From Bacteroidota bacterium (lineage in GTDB: Bacteria; Bacteroidota; Bacteroidia; Chitinophagales; Saprospiraceae), in contig BJGN01000001.1 in the NCBI GenBank assembly GCA_014190515.1, forward strand, positions 1,630 to 65,629: a stretch of DNA of 64,000 bases, written 5' to 3'. Position 1 is the stretch's first letter. Each line of letters starts with the position of its first letter. The notes below the pieces were generated by a model that worked only from the letters and a program-made list of their open reading frames with translations, did no database searches and was not told the origin of the DNA. Positions 57,493 to 64,000 of this stretch are shown one piece after another. The position numbers and the translations under genes are program-made.

Positions 57493-57500
57493 TAATTTTG
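57493..57500 (+). promoter_or_regulatory. -7 type promoter motif TAATTTTG, followed directly by the 10-bp palindrome CAATTAATTG (57501-57510)
   Basis: Exact TAnnTTTG match 54 nt upstream of the mreB ATG. Confidence 0.4.
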
Positions 57501-57553
57501 CAATTAATTGTACTTTTTTCTTAGAAAATGGGTTATTGCTATAAATTTACCAG

Positions 57554-58585
57554 ATGAACTTCTTCAGTTTTTTTCGTCAAGAGTTGGCCATAGATTTAGG
57601 AACTGCCAACACGTTAATAATTCAAAACGGCGAAGTCGTTGTTGATCAACCTTCTATTGTTGCCATTAACCGAAAAACTGGATTAACTATTGCGGTTGGC
57701 ACCAAGGCAATGAACATGCATGAAAAGACGCATGACGACATAAAAACCATTCGTCCCTTGAAGGATGGTGTAATCGCTGATTTTCAAGCTGCTGAAAGCA
57801 TGATTGAGGGTATGATCAATATGATTGGCCAAAGAAAACGCTTTTTTTCCCATTTGAAAATAGTTATTTGTATCCCTTCGGGAATTACGGAAGTTGAAAA
57901 AAGGGCTGTTTTTGATTCTGCAGATCATGTTGATTCTAAAGAAACCTATCTTATCCATGAACCCATGGCTGCCGCTTTAGGAATAGGCCTCGATGTGGAA
58001 GAACCCTCAGGTAACATGATTATTGATATTGGTGGTGGCACTACTGAAATTGCTGTTATTGCCTTGTCAGGAATTGTTTGTGACCAATCTATCCGTATTG
58101 CCGGAGATGAGCTAACGGGTGATATTATTCAGTATATGAAAAGGCAACATAATATTTTGATTGGTGAACGTACGGCCGAACAAGTTAAAATTCATGCTGG
58201 GTCTGCCCTTCACGAACTTGATAATCCTCCTGAAGATTATGCTGTAAACGGAAGGGATTTAATGACAGGGATTCCCCGCCAAATAAAAGTTTCCTATCGC
58301 GAGATAGCCTCTGCATTGGATAAATCCATTTCAAAAATTGAAGATGCTGTGCTTAAAGCTTTGGAGGCTACCCCTCCGGAACTAGCCTCTGATATTTATA
58401 AAAAAGGCCTGTATCTAACAGGCGGTGGTGCACTACTTCGTGGTTTGGATAAAAGGTTGGAAATGAAAACTAAACTTCATGTACATGTGGCCGATGATCC
58501 TTTACGTGCCGTTGTTCGTGGTACAGGTATTGCCCTAAAAGAAACGGATCGATATACTTTCTTAATTGATCGGAAAAGTATTTAA
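57554..58585 (+). CDS. mreB: Rod shape-determining actin homolog MreB
   Basis: LAIDLGTANTLI, IDIGGGTTEIAVI, GGGALLRGLD. Confidence 0.95.
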   Translation: MNFFSFFRQELAIDLGTANTLIIQNGEVVVDQPSIVAINRKTGLTIAVGTKAMNMHEKTHDDIKTIRPLKDGVIADFQAAESMIEGMINMIGQRKRFFSHLKIVICIPSGITEVEKRAVFDSADHVDSKETYLIHEPMAAALGIGLDVEEPSGNMIIDIGGGTTEIAVIALSGIVCDQSIRIAGDELTGDIIQYMKRQHNILIGERTAEQVKIHAGSALHELDNPPEDYAVNGRDLMTGIPRQIKVSYREIASALDKSISKIEDAVLKALEATPPELASDIYKKGLYLTGGGALLRGLDKRLEMKTKLHVHVADDPLRAVVRGTGIALKETDRYTFLIDRKSI

Positions 58586-58620
58586 ATAAACCGGAATACG
58601 GTTAGTATTCATTATTGCTT

Positions 58621-59457
58621 ATGTTTCCAAGGTCAAAGGTTTTTTCCGAACTAGGAAATCTTATCCTTTTCCTATTTTTAGAAGGGATTAGCTTCTATCT
58701 TATTATTACTTACAATGATTCTCAGGCAAAGATTTACCATAATTCAGTCAATGTGATTTCTGGGACTGTAGCTAATCAAGCCAGTAAAATTCGCGGTTAC
58801 TTTTCTTTAAAAGAACAAAATAATATTCTGCTTAAAGAAAATGCTAAACTAAAAGCTAAGTTATTTAACCTTGTCGAAAAACAAGGTGCAAAACCAGAAG
58901 ATTTAAATCTTAATATTAAAGAAAACCAGATATTCAACCTTGTCTCCGCCAGAGTTGTCAACAATTCCATTTCTCTTCGAAATAATTTTCTTTCTCTAAA
59001 CAAAGGCAGAAAAGCAGGAATTACCGAAAATCAAGGAGTTATTGGTGAAAATGGTGTTATTGGCATCACAAAAGCTGTCAATGACAACTATACTACGGTT
59101 ATGTCTATTTTTAATAGTCAAACCAAAATTAGTGCACGCATAAAAGATAAAGGCTATTTTGGGTCTTTAGTTTGGAATAATAACGGAGATGTTCGATTTA
59201 TGACGCTTAATGATATACCAAAACACGTACCCATCAAGCTAGGTGATAAAGTTGAAACCAGCGGTTATTCCAACTTATTTCCCAGCGGAATTCTGTTAGG
59301 AAAAATTGTCGGTAAAAGAATTCCCCCCGGATCCAGCACTTATGAATTAAAAGTGAAACTCTATCAGGACATGACAAAAATTAAATTTGCTTATGTCGTT
59401 ATTAATTACGAAACGCCGGCATTAGACTCCCTTTACCTTCAGATGAAATCGCTATGA
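58621..59457 (+). CDS. mreC: Rod shape-determining protein MreC
   Basis: N-terminal TM, coiled coil LKENAKLKAKL and a C-terminal beta domain, positioned between mreB and mreD. The ATG at 58621 is preferred over the TTG at 58615. Confidence 0.8.
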   Translation: MFPRSKVFSELGNLILFLFLEGISFYLIITYNDSQAKIYHNSVNVISGTVANQASKIRGYFSLKEQNNILLKENAKLKAKLFNLVEKQGAKPEDLNLNIKENQIFNLVSARVVNNSISLRNNFLSLNKGRKAGITENQGVIGENGVIGITKAVNDNYTTVMSIFNSQTKISARIKDKGYFGSLVWNNNGDVRFMTLNDIPKHVPIKLGDKVETSGYSNLFPSGILLGKIVGKRIPPGSSTYELKVKLYQDMTKIKFAYVVINYETPALDSLYLQMKSL

Positions 59458-59975
59458 ATCTTGCGCTGCTAAATAATGGAACTCGTTTTATAATACTTTT
59501 GTTATTGCAAATCATTGTGTTCAGTCAGGCAAGGATAGGTCCTTTAGGTCCCTATTACATTGATATAATAGTATTCCCATTGGCTTATTTATTACTTCCT
59601 TTTCGTACTCCCAGAGAATTACAATTCCTGCTTGCTTTTGCCATTGGATTGATCGTTGATATAAGCATGCAATCTCCCGGGCTTCATGCCGGCGCATCGG
59701 TTTTTACCATGGCAGTAAGACCTGTTGTATTGAGGTTACTTGAACCACGTGGCGGTTACGATAAGTTACATAGTCCAACCTTACAACGATTTAAATGGCC
59801 TTGGTTTGCCTCTTTTATAAGTATCCTTTCGTTGGTACATATTCTTTTTTATTTTTCCATGGAAGTATTTACTCCCTTATTTCTTGGGACAATATTGATA
59901 AAAACCTTGCTCAGCTGGTTTGTTTCCACCCTTTTCATTTTCTTAATCGTGATTATTTTAAACCCCCTAGATTAG
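59454..59975 (+). CDS. mreD: Rod shape-determining protein MreD
   Basis: 173-aa polytopic membrane protein, ATGA-coupled to mreC. Confidence 0.75.
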   Translation: MNLALLNNGTRFIILLLLQIIVFSQARIGPLGPYYIDIIVFPLAYLLLPFRTPRELQFLLAFAIGLIVDISMQSPGLHAGASVFTMAVRPVVLRLLEPRGGYDKLHSPTLQRFKWPWFASFISILSLVHILFYFSMEVFTPLFLGTILIKTLLSWFVSTLFIFLIVIILNPLD

Positions 59976-59990
59976 AAAAAATATCAGGTT

Positions 59991-61844
59991 ATGGAAAAAG
60001 ACAAAGAGCGATCTTCAACCATTCTAATCATTTTCCTGATAGGAACGATCATTCTGATTGCCAAAGCACTGCAACTTCAGGTTATTGACGAGGGTTTCAG
60101 AAACAGAGCCTCTTCTATGGTGGTAGAACGCTATACACAATATCCATCCCGGGGCCTTATTTATGACCGAAACCGAAAATTACTGGTGTATAACAACCCC
60201 ATGTATGACTTACTGGTTACGGTAAAAAGAATTAATCCGGCAATGGATACTAATAGATTTTGTTCTCTTTTAAATATATCTAAAGAAACATTTATAAAAA
60301 ATTTAGATAAAGACTGGAAGAGCGGGCAATTTTCCAAGAATGTACCATTTTTATTCCTCAGTAAAATACCAGCAAATATTTATGCTGCCTTTCAGGAAAA
60401 TTTACATCTTTTCCCGGGGTTTGATATCACTATTAGAAACGTGAGGGAATATTCGTCGCATTCTGCGGGACATTTTCTTGGCTATATCAGGGAGGTTAAT
60501 GAAAATGAAGTTGAAAATCCTGAAAGTATTTACGTAGCTGGAGATTATATTGGTGCATCGGGTTTAGAAAAAGTTTATGAAGATGAATTGCGGGGATCAA
60601 AAGGTTATCGATACGTACTAAAAGATAATTTAGGAAGTGAAGAAGGTGTTTTTAAGGATGGATTATTGGATACCAGAGCTGTTTCCGGTAAAGATTTAAT
60701 TTCCTCTATAGATATTGATCTTCAAGAATATGCTGAATCATTAATGGTAAATAAAAGAGGCGCTATTGTAGCTATTGAACCCGAAACTGGCGAAATTTTA
60801 GCCTTGGTCACCTCTCCTGGCTATGACCCATCTCTCATGGCTATTACGAATCCTAATAGAGGGAAATTTTTTCAGTCGCTCCAATTAAATAAAGATTTAC
60901 CCCTCTTTGACCGTTCCACCAGTGCACAATACCCTCCAGGATCTCTTTTCAAACCTTTACTCGCTTTGGTGGCATTAGAAAAAGAAACTTTACAACCAAA
61001 TAGAACCATATCATGCAATGGTGCTTATTATTTCGGGAGTATGCGATTAACCGGATGCCACAATCATGCTACCTGCCGTACAGTGGCAGCAGGCATTCAA
61101 AATTCATGTAATGCCTATTTTGTTACCGTTTTTCGTGAATTAGTAGATAAATACGGTTTTTATAATCCTTCAAGAGGCCTGGATACCTTAAATACCTATT
61201 TAGACCGCTTTGGTTTTGGAAAAAAACTGGATATTGATTTTCCGGGAGAGAAAGCAGGTAACTATCCAAGTTCTACCTTTTATTCCGACTGGTTTAAGAA
61301 TCCCCGTTGGAACTCCGTGTGGATACGTTCCGTCGGTATCGGACAGGGTGAACTATTGACAACGAACATTCAGCTGGCCAATGCCGCCGCGATGATAGCA
61401 AATCGTGGTTGGTATTACACGCCCCATACCGTCAAAGGATTTAATGACGATAACAAACAAATTCCCTTAAAATATAGAACGAAGATAAATGTTGGGATTA
61501 AAATAAAGCATTTTGAACCTGTGATTGATGGCATGGAAAAAGCACTCTTGGCCGGTACAGCAAAAAGTGGTTTTATTGCCGATATTCCTATCTGTGGAAA
61601 AACGGGAACCGCAGAAAATCCTTCAGGAAAGGATCACTCTATTTTCTTTTGCTTTGCCCCTAAAGTTGCTCCTAAAATTTCACTTTCCGTTTACATTGAA
61701 AATGCTGGTTTTGGCGGAACTTATGCCACCCCCATTGCCAGTTTAATCATTGAAAAATATTTAAAAGGCGAAATTAGAGGCGACGATAGAAAAAATTTAG
61801 AGAAAAGAATGTTAGAAGCTAATCTATTAAATGTAAAGCCCTAA
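59991..61844 (+). CDS. mrdA: Penicillin-binding protein 2 (elongasome transpeptidase)
   Basis: SxxK in GSLFKP, SxN in NSCNAY, KTG in GKTGTAE. N-terminal TM and PBP dimerisation domain. Confidence 0.9.
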   Translation: MEKDKERSSTILIIFLIGTIILIAKALQLQVIDEGFRNRASSMVVERYTQYPSRGLIYDRNRKLLVYNNPMYDLLVTVKRINPAMDTNRFCSLLNISKETFIKNLDKDWKSGQFSKNVPFLFLSKIPANIYAAFQENLHLFPGFDITIRNVREYSSHSAGHFLGYIREVNENEVENPESIYVAGDYIGASGLEKVYEDELRGSKGYRYVLKDNLGSEEGVFKDGLLDTRAVSGKDLISSIDIDLQEYAESLMVNKRGAIVAIEPETGEILALVTSPGYDPSLMAITNPNRGKFFQSLQLNKDLPLFDRSTSAQYPPGSLFKPLLALVALEKETLQPNRTISCNGAYYFGSMRLTGCHNHATCRTVAAGIQNSCNAYFVTVFRELVDKYGFYNPSRGLDTLNTYLDRFGFGKKLDIDFPGEKAGNYPSSTFYSDWFKNPRWNSVWIRSVGIGQGELLTTNIQLANAAAMIANRGWYYTPHTVKGFNDDNKQIPLKYRTKINVGIKIKHFEPVIDGMEKALLAGTAKSGFIADIPICGKTGTAENPSGKDHSIFFCFAPKVAPKISLSVYIENAGFGGTYATPIASLIIEKYLKGEIRGDDRKNLEKRMLEANLLNVKP

Positions 61845-63016
61845 TGAAACACACCTTACTTATTTTGTTGGGCATCACTTTTAACTTACAGGTTCATTGT
61901 CAAATATTTACAGAAAAACTAAAACTTGTTTTCGCTGGCGATATTATGGGGCACAGTACCCAGATTAAAGCTGCCTTACTTCCTGATGGTACTTATGACT
62001 ACCATCATTGCTTCAAATACGTTGCTCCAATATTAAAACAAGCAGACCTGGCCATTGGAAATTTAGAATTCACCCTACCCGGCAAACCTCCCTATTCAGG
62101 CTATCCACAATTCCGCAGCCCAGATGCTGTCGCTGTTGCCCTAAAAGAAGCAGGGTTCGATATGCTCGTCACCGCCAATAATCATTCTAATGATGCTGGT
62201 AGAACAGGGGTTGAAAATACTATTCGTACCGTTCGAAACCTGGGTTTTCACCAAACTGGTACTTTTCTCGATAGCATGGACCGATCGATGAATTATCCTC
62301 TGTTTGTTCAGCATGGAAATTTTAAACTGGCCTTTTTGAACTATACTTATGGTACAAATGGTATTCCCACTAAATTTCCTGTCATTGTCAATCAATTAGA
62401 TGAAAAACAAATGGCAGCAGATATGGAAAAGGCAAGAGCTGCCAATCCAGATGCTATTTTTGTTATGGTGCATTGGGGAAATGAATACCAACTGGTTGAA
62501 ACTTCTTATCAACGCCAATTAGCACAAAAATTATTCCTTTGGGGTGCTAAAGTAGTCATTGGCTCTCATCCTCATGTGGTTCAATCTATTGAGCAAAAGT
62601 CCCAAACAGATTCCATTAGAAAAGGAGAACTAACGGTTGTTGCCTATTCGTTGGGGAATTTTATTTCCGGGCAGATAAAAACATATACAGATATTGGCGC
62701 AATGGTAGAAGTAGAACTTGAAAAAGAATTGCCTTTTGGATCCACTTGTATAACCAGAACACAATATATTCCCGTTTTCAGGTATGTTCATAGAGCTCCT
62801 ACATCCGTTAAATATTATACGCTGCCTGCCACGTTATTCAGTGAATTAAATCAAAGAGATCCTTTTCCAATACCCACTTATCTGAAGGAAAAATTAAAAC
62901 AGGACTTAAAAATAATAAGACCCATTCTTTCTAAACATGGGATTCCCGAAAAACCCGTTTTTCCCAATTTGATTCTTCCACCGATTATGAAAATGGAAAC
63001 TCAAAAAATAAATTAA
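61844..63016 (+). CDS. CapA/PgsA-family metallophosphoesterase-fold protein with a signal peptide
   Basis: FAGDIMGH, GNLE, ANNHSNDAG, HWGNEY, GSHPHVVQ. Signal peptide MKHTLLILLGITFNLQVHCQ. TAATG overlap with mrdA. Confidence 0.75.
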   Translation: MKHTLLILLGITFNLQVHCQIFTEKLKLVFAGDIMGHSTQIKAALLPDGTYDYHHCFKYVAPILKQADLAIGNLEFTLPGKPPYSGYPQFRSPDAVAVALKEAGFDMLVTANNHSNDAGRTGVENTIRTVRNLGFHQTGTFLDSMDRSMNYPLFVQHGNFKLAFLNYTYGTNGIPTKFPVIVNQLDEKQMAADMEKARAANPDAIFVMVHWGNEYQLVETSYQRQLAQKLFLWGAKVVIGSHPHVVQSIEQKSQTDSIRKGELTVVAYSLGNFISGQIKTYTDIGAMVEVELEKELPFGSTCITRTQYIPVFRYVHRAPTSVKYYTLPATLFSELNQRDPFPIPTYLKEKLKQDLKIIRPILSKHGIPEKPVFPNLILPPIMKMETQKIN

Positions 63017-63019
63017 ACG

Positions 63020-63517
63020 ATGCGCATTTCAGCTATTGTTGCCATTTCCGATAATCTCGCCATAGGTGAAAAAGATATGATTCCCTGGTATCTTCCTATT
63101 GATTTGAAATATTTTAGAGATATAACCATCGGGCATACGGTGATTATGGGACGTAAAACATTTGATTCTATAGGGAAAGCTCTTCCAAAAAGGAGGAATA
63201 TTGTAATTACCTCCGATCCATTTTTGATTTCTTCCGACTTCCATACTGTCCATTCTATAAATGAAGCGTTGGATCTGGCGCTAAGCCAGGGTGAAACGGA
63301 GGCGTTTATCATCGGTGGTGGTCAGATTTATAAACAATCATCTTCCCTTTGGGACCGAATGTATATTACTAAAGTTAATACAACTATTCCAGAGGCCGAC
63401 ACCTTTTTTCCCGTTTGGAATGAAAAAGAATGGCAATGCATTTCAGAAAAGGTCAATCTTCCTGATGAAAAAAATAAATTCCAAAGTCAATTCCTCATTT
63501 ATGACCGAATAGCTTAA
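63020..63517 (+). CDS. folA: Dihydrofolate reductase
   Basis: ISAIVAISDNLAIGEKDMIPWYLPIDLKYFRDITIGHTVIMGRKTFDSIG, IIGGGQIY; 165 aa. Confidence 0.9.
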   Translation: MRISAIVAISDNLAIGEKDMIPWYLPIDLKYFRDITIGHTVIMGRKTFDSIGKALPKRRNIVITSDPFLISSDFHTVHSINEALDLALSQGETEAFIIGGGQIYKQSSSLWDRMYITKVNTTIPEADTFFPVWNEKEWQCISEKVNLPDEKNKFQSQFLIYDRIA

Positions 63518-64000
63518 GCCTCGGAAACTTTTAAAAGCTGCCTGTTCTTATCTAAAAAGGTAAAATAATAAGTTACTCCTGCAGATAGCAACAAATAACT
63601 TAATACGAGGGAAGCATAAATGCCGGAAGCACCAAACCAACCCGCGAAATAAAATAAGATAAGTATTCCAGCCATTAATTTTAATACGTCCCATCCAAAA
63701 GCTTGTTTTCTACCATCCATCAATTCCGTATACGCGAATATTTGAAGAATCAGAAAACCACCATAAATAAATATATGAGGTTTACCAATGTCCGCCAGAT
63801 TTGCAAACAGATGATACATAAAAATTAAAGTTATTATAACCTGGAACCATAACCAAACCATTAAAAGAGGCGAGGAACTTGTTTCATATTTATCGAATTG
63901 ATAAGGATCTTTTATTTTTTCAACAGGATATTTTTCTACTACATCCTCTGGACGCCAACCTGTAGGTTTAAACCAAATGAGCCATTTATTTTTCCAGCTT
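63514..64000 (-). CDS. 3' part of a membrane-protein gene that continues past the window end
   Basis: The track ORF starts at the Met at 63861, but manual translation shows the frame stays open upstream to position 64000 (SWKNKWLIWFKPTGWRPEDVVEKYPVEKIKDPYQFDKYETSSSPLL-MVWLWF...). The tail has about 3 TM helices. The KPTGWRPEDV stretch reminds me of the C-terminal extension of Bacteroidota fatty-acid-hydroxylase/sterol-desaturase family proteins. That is a low-confidence recollection. Confidence 0.5.
   Translation of the reverse strand, partial: SWKNKWLIWFKPTGWRPEDVVEKYPVEKIKDPYQFDKYETSSSPLLMVWLWFQVIITLIFMYHLFANLADIGKPHIFIYGGFLILQIFAYTELMDGRKQAFGWDVLKLMAGILILFYFAGWFGASGIYASLVLSYLLLSAGVTYYFTFLDKNRQLLKVSEA

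Noticed and set aside
59795-60088. 97-aa plus-strand ORF overlapping the mreD 3' end and the mrdA 5' end
   Set aside because: It is out of frame with two well-supported genes of the conserved mre cluster and has no motif support.
63013-63512. ORFs 63013-63312 (-), 63029-63253 (-) and 63291-63512 (+) inside folA
   Set aside because: folA has textbook DHFR motifs, and the alternatives are antisense or out of frame.
1-64000. Search for CRISPR arrays, transposases, integrases, phage genes, toxin-antitoxin pairs or known defence-system signatures
   Set aside because: I saw no regularly spaced repeats, no DDE/tyrosine/serine recombinase motifs, and no nuclease/ATPase/helicase gene clusters of the kind seen in defence islands. 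The window reads as core chromosome, so I do not claim a defence or mobile system.

Overview
AT-rich, very gene-dense chromosomal segment. I count about 56 protein genes and could find no rRNA, tRNA, CRISPR array, transposase or integrase. It is most consistent with a T9SS-bearing member of Bacteroidota. The taxonomic signals are two proteins with Por/T9SS C-terminal sorting domains (one with an SprB repeat), a PorZ-like double-propeller protein, BshA, a DUF4271/HemD-like pair, recurrent TAnnTTTG (-7 type) promoter motifs 20-55 nt upstream of start codons, and no Shine-Dalgarno-like sequences. Content is mostly housekeeping: lon, parE, uvrC, lpxH, pdxA, lspA, tsaB, prfA, glyQS, dnaN, nadD, mreBCD-mrdA and folA. 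I see no clear-cut defence island or mobile element. The parts least explained by textbook annotation are listed here. (1) Three tandem ArsR/SmtB-like wHTH paralogs that lack metal-thiolate sites, at least two with an inverted repeat upstream. (2) A CarH/LitR-architecture MerR regulator in which both signature histidines of the B12 module are substituted, divergent from a large T9SS adhesin-like gene. (3) A Tat-signal LD-carboxypeptidase / dipeptide epimerase / alpha-oxoamine-synthase operon that converges on a glycosyltransferase / GHMP sugar kinase / Na-solute symporter operon next to gmhA. (4) A lipoprotein plus beta-barrel pair, an orphan VWA protein and an MprF-flippase-like membrane protein. 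(5) A CapA-like metallophosphoesterase translationally coupled to PBP2 where rodA is usually found. (6) A 40-codon membrane ORF filling the only large convergent gap, ahead of the only canonical bidirectional terminator. All functional calls come from by-eye motif recognition. No database search was run.
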